Origin: Octopus sinensis
Taxonomy: Eukaryota
DNA: 64,000 bases
Reading direction: 5' to 3'
Assembly (NCBI RefSeq): GCF_006345805.1
Contig: NC_042999.1
Location: forward strand, 152,582,001-152,646,000
Positions 1-11,807 of the stretch are shown here, in pieces. The position numbers were made by a program, and so were the translations under genes. Positions within the stretch are counted from its first letter, which is position 1, and every line of letters starts with the position of its first letter. The notes under the pieces are model-generated. The model had not been told where the DNA came from, did no database searches, and worked only from the letters and a program-made list of their open reading frames with translations.

Positions 1-607
1 ATATATATATGTAAGTTTACACGTAATACAAACATTATATGTGTGTGTGTATATATATAAGTACGTACACAGATGCATACACACAAACATGCGCGCACAC
101 ACACACACACACACGCACACACATATATAGAAATACGTTGGGAAAGTATACGAATGTGTCAGTGTGAGAGTATAAGTGTGTGACTGAGCGTGCGTGCGTG
201 CGTGCGTGCGTGCGAGTGTGTGTACGTCATATATGAGCGGCGATGGGGGGGAAATGTTTCGTTCGTTGAGAATGTCTGATTAAGTCTATTCACCATTCCG
301 CTATTCCATTTGAAAGCGATCCTCCAAAGTAGTCCGTCCGCGCAGCAGGAGAGGTAATGCAGAATTTTTGGCATACACAAGTAACAGTAACGAGCGAATA
401 TGATGGCGGCTTTGTGTAAACCGGAAGTGCTGCATCGTACTACCCACCTGAGCTTGGCATAGTTTACATAGTACTAGATTCACTCCACGGAGATGATGAA
501 GCTCTCGATGTAAAGAAGCACTAAAGGAAACGTTTGCAATGAAATGTAGACACGTTAGACTCAGATCTATGGGCGTATTTTAAATATTATTATTATTACT
601 AGTGCCC

Positions 608-662
<55 letters not shown>

Positions 663-666
663 CATT

Positions 667-816
667 TGCCTTCATTTTCTGAGTTCAAATTCGACTGAGG
701 TCGACTTTGCCTTTCATCCTCTCGGGGTCGATTAAATAAATATTAGTGTACTGGGGTCGATGTAATCAGCTTAATCCCTTCCCCAAAATTCGGGTCCTGC
801 GCCTATAGCAGAAAGG

Positions 817-818
<2 letters not shown>
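667..818 (+). mobile_element. SINE family A, 5'-truncated copy
   Basis: B-box GAGTTCAAATTC followed by GAGGTCGACTTTGCCTTTCATCCTCTCGGGGTCGAT (Nin/Deu-like core). Flanked by (TTA)n. Confidence 0.85.
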
Positions 819-912
<94 letters not shown>

Positions 913-1070
913 GCGCCTTCACTTTCTGAGTTCAAATTCGACTGAGGTCGACTTTGCCTTTCATCCTCTCGGGGTCGATTAAATAAGTATTAGTAGAGTA
1001 CTGGGGTCGATGTAATCAACTTAATCCCTTCCCCAAAATTCGAGTCCTACGCCTATAGCAGAAAGGATTA
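913..1070 (+). mobile_element. SINE family A, local duplicate of 667-818
   Basis: Near-identical to 667-818, including private variants (TTCGACTGAGG, CCTCTCGGGG). Confidence 0.85.
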
Positions 1071-1094
1071 TTACTATTATTATCATCATCTTCA

Positions 1095-1149
<55 letters not shown>

Positions 1150-1150
<1 letters not shown>

Positions 1151-1701
1151 GAGTGAGAGAGCAGTGCATGCCATCAAAGTGACACAGGCGTAAAATATAC
1201 GATGCCCAGTATACCCATCATGACTACCCGTCTGATAAGGGTACACCAGGCACATGCATCACAACCATATGTGCGCGACATTGTGATCTCATATCAAGAT
1301 AAACAGCACATGACCTTGCAGGTGGGGCCCAGTTAGAATTTTCTTCTGGTCGAGTAACCCATCCCGCTCAAAAGGTCCCTGAATGAGGATTGTTTAAGGA
1401 GGATGAACGAAACATCCATGTTTCCAGAGATGAATTATTCAAACCCCAAAGAATCCCTCTCAACACATGGCTATGATGCTCTCCCACTACTTCTGCTCAT
1501 GATCAGGGATGTACATATCGTCAGCCACTTAGGGACATGCTCAACTGGTTAAGGTCAAACAACTGACAAGCAAATCTGTGGTATTGAGCAGAATATTTGC
1601 TGTAGCCCATCTTTTATACCAGGACAAAGCAATTTACATAACACTTCCAATCAGATAAGATCAGAAGCCATGAGAACCACTGCCTGGTACTGCATCAGTG
1701 C

Positions 1702-1703
<2 letters not shown>
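1150..1703 (-). mobile_element. ~555-bp non-coding interspersed element (family D) inserted in (TAA)n
   Basis: Reverse complement of 54330-54886 over its full length, with the same termini. (TTA)n on both sides. Confidence 0.9.
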
Positions 1704-1773
<70 letters not shown>

Positions 1774-2997
1774 CATCGTCGTCCTTGTCGGTCATCATCG
1801 TCATCGTCATCAATAACAGTAGCATTTTTATTTATCAAAATAAAATCTGATAAAATACGAACTTGCAAACTGGAATATCGAATGTTTGTATTGGATTAGT
1901 TTATTCTGGCACCTAATGAAATGTAGTGTAATTTTTATGTGTGTTCTCATTGAATATAATTTCAACGAAAATTAAATATGAAACAAATATTAGGCTTAAC
2001 AGGACAGCCACCCCCAATCGCTTGAAATAGGTGAAGCATGCCCTCTGAATTTTGAATTAATAAATATGCAAGGTTACATTAACACCAGGTATTGAGTACT
2101 TTATTTAAAAATAGATTTTCTCCTTTGAACTTTGTAACGAACGGGATATGCGTATGTATGTACGTGCCTGCTTAAATCTTGTGTGTGAACGTGTGTGTAT
2201 GCGTGTGTGTGTGTGTATCTATATAAATACAGGAACTATGAAAGGTGAATATATTTCTTTTACCACTTGTTATCCTAAGGATTACTGCCGCTTCGCAGCC
2301 TTCCTTATGTGATAATAAGTAATAATAAATACTTAATAAAGTATTTAGATATATAAATGTGCTTATACCTATGTGTATATGTACGTATGTTTGTGTGTGT
2401 ATTTATGTTTGTCTGTGGCATATATATTATGCAAAAAATTCCCCGTAAACACGAAGTTTCTACCTTTAAAAACAAGGAGTTACAACCTCTTTACTTGTGT
2501 GATTTTTTGCTACCCTGGTAAATATTTATATATTTTTTCCGTGTTAATTTTTAACAAGGCAAAAATACACTCATCTCTCTCTCTCTCTCCCTATATATAT
2601 ATATATATATATACATTAATGGGTGTAAAAATATACAGTTGTTTGGGTGTTGGTGTGTATTTTTTTAGCATGTTAATACTTTTATGCATGTGCGTCTAAG
2701 TACGTAAAGCAATTGTCTTGTTTTCACTTCAGTTTACTGCGACAAAATGTGCTTTGATGTCTTATCACGTTTTAACCTTATCTGAAAGTAACTGTTGCTC
2801 AATACTATCTCTTAATTTAATCTTTATATCTCCAACTGTCTGTTCTCGATGGGATTCATTTATATTACCTTTTTTATACTTTTATATGTATTTTTAAACA
2901 TTTCCTAATTTATTATTTTAATCTAACTACTTTACTTCCTCTCCTATCCTTTCCTTATCTTTTGTTGATATTCAGGATGGTCAACTCCTTAAACTTG

Positions 2998-3059
<62 letters not shown>

Positions 3060-3175
3060 ATCATCATCATCATCGTCGTCGTCGTCGTCGTCGTCGTCGT
3101 CATCATCAGCATCATCATCACAATCATCATCATCATCATCACCACCACCACCACCATCACCACTACCATCATCAA
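2998..3175. repeat. (ATC)n/(GTC)n/(CAC)n compound microsatellite
   Basis: Read directly from the sequence. Confidence 0.95.
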
Positions 3176-3499
3176 TTCCCTAAACGATAGATAGATACGA
3201 TGCAAAATATATTTTTCATTTATATTTACTTCTAATGACCATCCCAAGTTAATTTTATCGGCCTTCCATACATTGCATATAACCAGGGAACATTTTGTAA
3301 TTATACTTAGAGTTAAAGCATTGGTGTAACCCTGATATTCTGGTGATCTGAGTGCACACATATAAAATAATTTATCATAACCGAAATTATTATTACATGG
3401 TAAAGCTGCAAAAAGGCTGTAATCTTAAAGATAACAAATCGTTAAATAAATATATTCTCTTCTAATATTTCCTAACTTTTTATATACTTTTTTTTTTTT

Positions 3500-3887
3500 T
3501 TTACTTGTTTCAGTCATTTGACTGCGGCCATGCTGGAGCACCGCCTTTTAGTCGAGCAACTCGACCCCAGGACTTATTCTTTGTAAGCCCAGTACTTATT
3601 CTATCGGTCCCTTATGCCGAACCGTTAATTGACGGGGACGTAAACACACCAGCATCGGTTGTCAAGCAATGTTAGGGGGACAAACACATACAAACACACA
3701 TATATATATATATACATATATACGACAGGCTTCTTTCAGTTTCCGTCTACCAAATCCACTCACAAGGCATTGGTCGGCCCGGGGCTATAGCAGAAGACAC
3801 TTGCCCAAGATGCCACGCAGTGGGACTGAACCCGGAACCATGTGGTTGGTTAGCAAGCTACTTACCACACAGCCACTCCTGCGCCTA
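3500..3887 (-). mobile_element. SINE family B, full length
   Basis: Minus strand: tRNA-like head GGCGCAGGAGTGGCTGTGTGGTAAG...GGTTCAGTCCC, CORE-like CTTGGGCAAGTGTCTT, internal TA/TG tract and tail GGCGGTGCTCCAGCATGGCCGCAGTCAAATGACTGAAAC. Confidence 0.9.
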
Positions 3888-4209
3888 CTCCTCATGAAAT
3901 TATTTTTGAAAAATGTTAAACCGTTGTGTTATACTTTGGCAATTTTTATCTGAAGCAGCTGGAGATACGATAGTTTGACTAAAAGAACAGGCTACTGAAA
4001 ATAAAAATAAATATTGAAAAAAAGAAACGCATTTGGCCAAATTTCGACAAGTTATCATAATAGCAACGATATATAATCACGGAGGGCGAATTTAGTTGTT
4101 TCTCCGTAGATTGAGAAAAACCTTAAGCGATTTTCGAATCGCATTCTCATCTGAGTCGTCTACATCAGTTTGACAATCGCACAGAAGCAATTAGCCAACC
4201 TGTTTATAT

Positions 4210-4445
4210 ATATTTCTTTACTACCCACAAGGGGCTAAACACAGAGGGGACAAACAAGGACTGACAAACGGATTAAGTCGATTACATCGAACCCCAGTAT
4301 GTAACTGGTACTTAATTTATCGACCCCGAAAGGATGAAAGGCAAAGTCGACCTCGGCGGAATTTGAACCCAGAACGTAACGGCAGACGAAATACGGCTAC
4401 GCATTTCGCCCGGCGTGCTAACGTTTCTGCCAGTTCGCCGCCTTA
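4210..4445 (-). mobile_element. SINE family A, full-length monomer
   Basis: Minus strand: head AAGGCGGCGAACTGGCAGAAACGTTAGC, B-box, Nin-like core and tail GGGTAGTAAAGAAATA. Confidence 0.9.
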
Positions 4446-4679
4446 GGCTACGTCGACCAAGATGAGATTAGAACTTAAATCTGAGAACAACTTGGTCCGA
4501 GATGGTAACGTTTCTGCCAGCTCACCCCTTGAACCTGTTTATATACGCAATAATTCTAGTAGCTACAGAAAACAGGAGCTTCTAATTTGCATAAGTGTTA
4601 ACACAATAAAATGATAACTGGCCTGTCAACGGATATCTCAGTTCACGTAGTATCGAGGTATGATGTATGATGTTTTGCA

Positions 4680-5180
4680 AACAACTTGCAAATGCAAGTG
4701 CTACCAGTCGAAAGCTCTGCATACCGGAATCCAGCAAGTGTATAGGGGTCATCAGGATAGAATGCGCGCTGTTTCGGGGCCTACCTCTCGACGCCATCAT
4801 TGCCCACCTCTCACTGATTTAAGGCCCCGCTTGCTAGATCGACTGGTTATCAAATAAAGCCCAATATTCTTACCGCCATCGCTCATCGTCTCTTTTTTAA
4901 CCAAATCCAGTGGCTAGGCTTTTCGACTGTAATTTGGATATCGTCCATGGTGGCATTTGCTTCACGATGAGTTAGACCTAACGATAACAAGTGTCACCTC
5001 ATTCTGTATCCAACGAATCCTCTATATCCGACTTTGATTGGAAAATGATCCGCTTTCCGGCCTACGTCTTCACATTCTTCGAAGAGGTTTACATAACGGT
5101 CAGTCTTCCGAGCCCGAGCGACGTCCATGTGATCTTAATGAGGAACCGTTGACTCGACTAGTTGCACAAATTTCTTTCTT
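4680..5180 (-). mobile_element. R2-superfamily (HERO-like) LINE 3' fragment with RLE C-terminus, pseudogenised
   Basis: Minus-strand translation VQLVESTVPH*DHMDVARARKTDRYVNLFEECEDVGRKADHFPIKVGYRGFVG...LGL...VEKPSHWIWLKK. This fits the HERO-type pattern ELTVP..RK..RY..EVG.RGF..S.WIW. Confidence 0.7.
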
Positions 5181-5319
5181 TCCTGTCGAGGTATGATATA
5201 ATATATGTATATCATGATATAATTGGCGCATATATCACGATATATCACGATCTATCATGATCACTCGACTTGCTAGATATAGAAGTCAAATCTACCTTAA
5301 AAATGCAGTAAGTACCCAT

Positions 5320-5733
5320 ATTTATTTCTTTATTGCTCACAGGGGACTAAACATAGAGGGGACAAACGAGGACAGACAAAGGGATTAAGTCGATTACATC
5401 GACCTCAGTGTGTAACTGGTTCTTATTTAATCGAACCCGAAAGGATGGAAGGCAAAGTCGACGTCGGCGGAATTTGAACTGAGAACGAAATACCGGTAGA
5501 CGAAATACCTATTTCTTTACTACCCACAAGGGGCTGAACAGAGAGAGGACAAACAAACGGATTAAGTCTATTATATCGACCCCAGTGCGTAACTGGTACT
5601 TATTTAATCGACCCCGAACGGATGAAAGGCAAAGTCGACGTCGACCGGAATTTGAACTCAGAACGTAACGGCAGATGAAATACGGCTACGTATTTCGCCC
5701 TGTGTGCTAACGGTTCTGCCAGCTCGCCGCCCT
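5320..5733 (-). mobile_element. SINE family A dimer
   Basis: One head plus two core/tail units joined at AAAGAAATA|GGTATTTCG. Confidence 0.9.
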
Positions 5734-6409
5734 GTAGGTAACCATATTTTAGCCTCAGATAAGACCTGAGAGGTTGCGAATCTATATAAATTACTACTCG
5801 CTGATATTTCTCACCCCCTGCTCTTTGAGTTCAATCCTGTCGAGTGCAGCTTTACTTTTTGTCCTATGGCCATTGATATAAGAATATAAAGCTGGACCCT
5901 GGGTTTGTGTATTTTTTAGGTGCACCAGCAAGATGCCCCGAAATAATTGTTTCGTTTTACTGCTTTTTACGACGAAAATGGTACCAAGATTTATCGGCTC
6001 GAGTCAGCGGCATCCCCTTCGAATAAAAATTTCTGGACATGGGATAACTATTAATTTTCCTGAATAAATTCTTGCCCGGCCCTGCAAATGCATGTACATA
6101 TAAATGTTCAACCGTGACCAATGACGGCCCTATAGATGCCTTATGCCAAATAATGACAGGGCCCTGTTTTACTTTTAAAGAACAACACGCGCGCACACAC
6201 AGAGAGACAGACACACACACAGACACACACAGACACACACACAACGATACATGTAAATAATTGGTATGCGATTTCCATCTTCTAATGCTTATTCAGAGGA
6301 GTAACAGCAAACCTCACCATGGCTATTTTTCGGGTTGACCGTTTCTGTAGAAAGAGATAAAAAGGAACCACAATAGATGGCTTTCTGCAGGATCTTTCAT
6401 GCTTTACCT

Positions 6410-6782
6410 TTTACATGCTTCAGTCATTAGTCTGCGGCCATGCTGGAGCACCGCCTTCACGAACATTTAATCGAACATATCGACATATCGATAGAACATA
6501 TTCTATCGGTATCAATTGACGAACCACTATGTTACAGGGACGTAAACAAATCAACAACACCGGTTGTCAAACAGTGGCTGGGAAAAACACAGACTCGCAC
6601 ACACACACACACGAATACACACACATATGGTGGGGTTCTTTCTATTTCCGTCTACCAAATCCAATCACAAAGCTGTGGTCGGTCCGTGGCTATAGTTGAA
6701 AACCTTAATCAAGGTGCCATGAACCCGGTACCTGGTAGTATGGGAACCAAATTTACAGCCACACAGCCACCTCCGTGCCTAT
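6410..6782 (-). mobile_element. SINE family B, diverged
   Basis: On the plus strand, tail GCGGCCATGCTGGAGCACCGCC and head remnant CCACACAGCCACCTCCGTGCC. Confidence 0.8.
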
Positions 6783-7299
6783 TAAGTCATTTGTTTCTAT
6801 TGTTTTAAGACTAAAGACCAACTGCCTACAACAGATCCGTTTCCGCTAGAGGTACACAAAGTCCAGGCTGTTATGTTAACCTGCGAATCGGATTAAGCCA
6901 AACGCCTAGGAACATGTGGAACGGCTGTAGTGCTCAAACACACAAACTAAAGGCAGCAGGAGCACTGTTATATTGACGAAGCTTTGATTATGTTTTGTGG
7001 ATCTGAATTCACGATGTCATGGATACGGCTTCGTGATTGACAGGATAGGGTCTCGCAAGATGTTTGACCCAGTATCAAGACGACGACCTCAATGTTGTAC
7101 CAATGGCTTCTGGCAAACAGTCACGTGAACACACGTACGCGCGCGCGCACGCATACGCAAGCACGCACAAACAAACAAACAAGCACACGCACACACAATA
7201 TACATACGCGTTTTCTGTTTCAATATAATGGTTTTTTTTTTCGTTTTTCATCTCATTTATTAAATTTCGTCATTCCTCTTTCTTCATCGTTTTTCGTTG

Positions 7300-7352
7300 T
7301 ATTATCATTGTTGTTGTTGCTATTATTATTCTCGTTGTTGTTGTTGTTGTTA

Positions 7353-7404
<52 letters not shown>

Positions 7405-7407
7405 CAC

Positions 7408-7455
<48 letters not shown>

Positions 7456-7542
7456 TATTATTATCATTGTTATCATCATAATCATCATAATCATCATCAT
7501 CATTATTATTATCATTATCATTATCATCATCATTATTATTAG

Positions 7543-7589
<47 letters not shown>

Positions 7590-7703
7590 TATTATTATCA
7601 TCATTATTATTAATATTATTATTATTATTATTATCATCATTATCATTATCATCATCCTCATCATCGTCATCATTACCATCATCATCATTATTATTATCAT
7701 TAC

Positions 7704-7760
<57 letters not shown>

Positions 7761-7871
7761 CATTATTATCATCATCATCATCATTATTATTATCATTGTT
7801 ATCATCATAATCATCATAATCATCATCATCATTATTATTATCATTATCATTATCATCATCATTATTATTAG

Positions 7872-7921
<50 letters not shown>

Positions 7922-8008
7922 CATTATTATTATTATTATCATCATTATCATTATCATCATCCTCATCATCGTTATCATTACCATCATCATCATTATTATT
8001 ATCATTAC

Positions 8009-8066
<58 letters not shown>

Positions 8067-8111
8067 ATTATTATTGTCATGATTATTATCATTATTATTA
8101 CTATTATTATT

Positions 8112-8194
<83 letters not shown>

Positions 8195-8218
8195 CATTAT
8201 CATCATCATTATTATTAC

Positions 8219-8279
<61 letters not shown>

Positions 8280-8282
8280 GTT
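7300..8282. repeat. Large imperfect (TTA)/(TCA) microsatellite with an internal higher-order duplication
   Basis: Read directly from the sequence; it accounts for the poly-I/N/M ORFs. Confidence 0.95.
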
Positions 8283-8749
8283 AATCACCTTCCCAGTCAT
8301 TGTTTACCTTTATTTTTCTCGTTATTTTATTTTTTTCTTCCTTTGTCTTTTTCTTTATATATAGTTCCTTTCATTCCTTCCTTCTTTCTCTCTCCACCTC
8401 TATTTCATTTTCTCTTCCTCTCTCTCTCTCTCTATCTCTCTTCCTATCTCCCTCTCCTTCTTTTATTCAGCTTTCATAAACCGTTTCTTCATTTATAACG
8501 TTTCTTATCTCTCCATTTACCATATTCTCTCTCTCCCTCTTTCTCTTTAGTATACTTTTTATCCATTTCCTTCTCTATCTCTCTCTCTCTCTCTCTCTGT
8601 CTTTTGATAATCGCGAATTTTTTCCGTGTCGCTCACTTAAAATAAGCAAAAATACAAAATTCATTCCTCACAACCGCCACAGGCAAAATAACTCTAATAA
8701 CCAATAAAACATTATTGCATTTTTATATGATTTTCTTACGATAACATAT

Positions 8750-8762
8750 TCTGAAAGAGAGA

Positions 8763-8799
<37 letters not shown>

Positions 8800-8836
8800 G
8801 AGGGAGAGAGTGGTGTCTATATGGATATATACATGG

Positions 8837-8876
<40 letters not shown>

Positions 8877-9105
8877 ATGTATATTTATATATATATATAT
8901 GTGTGTGTGTGTATACAAATACGTACATATATAGACGTCTATACATATGCATATATGTATGTATATGCACATGCTCATGTATACGTGTATATATGTACAT
9001 ATATATATACTTATATACACATATATACATGCATACATATAAATATATATATAAATATATATATATATATGTGCGTGTATATATTATATATACATATATA
9101 TATGT
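8750..9105. repeat. (GA)n and imperfect (TA)/(TG)n tract
   Basis: Read directly from the sequence. Confidence 0.9.
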
Positions 9106-9109
9106 ACAA

Positions 9110-9480
9110 GGGGAGGTGCAATGGCCTAGTGGTTAGGGAAGCGGACTCGCTGTTATAAGATCGTGGATTCGATTACCAGACCTGACATTGTGAGTGTTTA
9201 TTGAGGGAAAACACCCAAAGCTCTTCGAGGCTCCGGCAGGGGGTGGTGCCAACCCTGCTGTACTCGTTCACCACAACTTTCTCTCACTCTTTCTTCCTGT
9301 TTCTGTTGTACCTGTATTTCAAAGGGCCAGCCTTGTCACACTCTGTGTCACGCTGAATCTCCCCCGTGAACTACGTTAAGGGTACCCGTGACTGTGGAGT
9401 GCTCAGCCACTTACACGTTAATTTCACGAGCAGGCTTTTCCGTTGACTGGAACCCTCGTCGTCGTAACCGACGTAGTGCC
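9110..9480 (+). mobile_element. SINE family C (tRNA-Arg-like head), tail type 1
   Basis: A-box TGGCCTAGTGG, GACTCGC (TCG anticodon-like), B-box GATTCGATTACC, body ...CACAACTTTCTCTCACTC, tail GTACCTGTATTTCAAAGGGCC...CCGACGTAGTGCC. Confidence 0.85.
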
Positions 9481-9744
9481 GTAGTATACACACACACACT
9501 GGCGCGCACACACTCGCAAACACACAGAAACACACACATTAGTTGTGATCGACCAGAACAATAAAAGTAATAGCAACAGTGATTGTGGAAAGGGTGGAGA
9601 AAATATAGTGTAGTTTTTTCTCTACGTTCTGAGTTCAAATCCTGTCGGTGTCTACTTATGTGCCAAACGTTTGTGGGTCCATAGAATTCTCGGTGAAATG
9701 CCGTGATCAGTTTAGAATCAGTTTCCTAGTCATATGTTATAAAC

Positions 9745-10057
9745 TGCCTCTTCTCCCTCTCCCCTCTCCTCCCTCTCCCCTCTCCTCCCTCTCCCCTCTC
9801 CTCCCTCTCCGCTTCCTCTTGTTTCCTCACTTCTTCCTCTTCCTTCCTCCCTCTTCTCTCCTCCGTGTCCGCCTTCCGTTTCTTTCTCCTCTTTTCCTTC
9901 CTATTCGCTCCTGCCCTTTCCTCCTCTTCTCCTTCTACCCTCCCTCTCCGCTCCTTCCTTCTTTCGCCCCTTCTCCCCTTTCCCCTCTCTCTTTTACTTC
10001 ACCCGCCCCTCTTCCTATTCATGCCCCTCACTCCCTCTCCTCTCCTTCCTCTTCTTT
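9745..10057. repeat. Polypyrimidine (CT-rich) low-complexity tract
   Basis: Read directly from the sequence. Confidence 0.9.
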
Positions 10058-10262
10058 GTGTCGTCAAGGTCAATGAACGACTCTTGGTTACTTCCCGGAC
10101 AAAATTTCTCTATTATCTTCTCTTTTTGAAGCAGTACTCAATAACTGGCGCAATGGCTCATCGCATATCCACTGTTTCCCTTTCAGGAGTTTAAAACCAT
10201 GGCAATCTTCCTCTCTGACAAGAAATGCGCGTAAATCTAGAATGATTGCAATTTCGTTATAC

Positions 10263-10422
10263 CTCATAGGTATCGATCTTGCCTTTAACGAAAGCCACAG
10301 CAATATGGCGTTCAAACAAAATCTCCGAGTCTCCGACTCTTATGTCGTAGTTCGGAAATATGTAAATAATCCGTTGGGAGCCATTGTTAACGTCGGTCAC
10401 TTCATCTTCCAAACTTCTCAGT
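10263..10422 (-). CDS. Candidate internal coding exon (160 nt, phase 2 to phase 0); peptide resembles the second half of a degenerate vWA domain
   Basis: Acceptor TTTATATTGTTTCCGCAG| and donor GAG|GTATAA. Only one frame is open: LRSLEDEVTDVNNGSQRIIYIFPNYDIRVGDSEILFERHIAVAFVKGKIDTYE, with a stop immediately inside the intron. The domain call is inference. Confidence 0.5.
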
Positions 10423-10559
10423 CTGCGGAAACAATATAAAGAAGTTTACACACTTTTAGTTAGATTGTTCATTGTTCGACTTTAAATAAGAACATCGCCG
10501 CCATCACCACGACCATGATTAATTACCACGAACAAGGTAATCAGCTCCCTCCTCCCCCT

Positions 10560-10783
10560 CTCCCATCATCACCACGATCACCGTCAACACCATCAACATC
10601 AACACGATTATAACCAACACCATCATCATCATCATCATTGTCACCATCATCATCGTCATCCTCCTCCTCCTCATCATCATCGTCACCTTCACCACCTCCA
10701 TCATCACCATCATCATCATAATCATCACCATCGTCATCATAATCATCACCATCATCATCATCATCATCATAGTCACCATCATC

Positions 10784-10835
<52 letters not shown>

Positions 10836-11150
10836 CCATCACCATCATCATCAACATCACCACCATGATCAACATCATCATCACCATCATCATCACCGGC
10901 ACAACCATCACTGTCAACACCATCAACATCATCAACATCACCACTATCCCAATCCTCATCATCACCATTACCACCACCACCACCACCATCACCACTACCA
11001 TCATCATCAGCTGCAGTACCGTCATTATTATCATCATCATGACCACTATCTTCTTCATCATCATCGTCATCGTTATCGTCGTCGTCGTCGCCATCATCAT
11101 CATCACCATCATCATCATCAGCAGCAGCAACAGCAGCAGCAGCAGTAGCC
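10560..11150. repeat. Imperfect (CAT)/(CAC)n microsatellite
   Basis: Read directly from the sequence. Confidence 0.95.
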
Positions 11151-11807
11151 CGCTTTCATCATTGTCATGCCTATGACATCATTAGCGAAAAGTCACCGAT
11201 GGCCAAATCGATAAGGTGATATTGATCATATCTCTGTGCTGGTGATCGATATAATTAAGTTCAAAGTAGCTTCTTTGAGCTCATTCATCCTACTCAGAAT
11301 AGCGGCTGAATTCCGCTTCTATCACTCATTACAGGCGTAAGAGATGATGGTCACGAATACTACATCAAATAATGTAGTACTCAATACATGACATCTCAAT
11401 ATATGATAAAACAGGAGCAACCTAGTGTGCTGCTAAACAAGAGAAACAGCATCAGCTCTTTCAATTTCTATAATATTTGATGTCGCTTATGAGTCTCAGA
11501 ACACTTTAATTTCTAAGTTCTCCACCGAAAACTTTCTCTTTGAGTTGTATATTTGATACAAGTTATACAAGCTTTCTCTCTTCCTTGTTATGTTTCTACG
11601 AGTGAATGATATCATCAATCGGAAGTTAGCGTAAAATTTGTCAAATGTATATGATTATCACTGCTTATAATAGTACTAGGGTGTAACATAACATAATTCT
11701 AAGACCTCAACCGAAAACTTTGTTTTTGAGTAGCGTATCAAATACACGTCTCTACAAGTAAATGATACCCCCTAACGGAAGTCGATTAAATACCTGTTTA
11801 TTGTATA

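Noticed and set aside
1640-1703. Faint U2 snRNA-like words (ATCAG.TAAGATC, CCTGGTACTGCA) at the end of family D
   Set aside because: Only short matches; no Sm site or branch-point recognition sequence.
3669-3953. Recurrent peptide ...[31 protein letters not shown] in several ORFs
   Set aside because: It is the antisense translation of SINE B, not a gene family.
4740-4785. GAAAC...CTGATGA on the minus strand in the HERO-like 3'UTR as a type II hammerhead
   Set aside because: No stem II pairing (CCCC on both sides) and no clear GUH site.
7092-8498. Long ORFs (poly-N/I/M/L/H), including the 238-aa ORF
   Set aside because: They are translations of trinucleotide microsatellites. The same applies to 10519-11176, 12810-13680, 18187-18978, 26146-26679 and 46178-46570.
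9110-9185. tRNA gene
   Set aside because: It is a SINE head without an intact acceptor stem and runs on into the SINE body.
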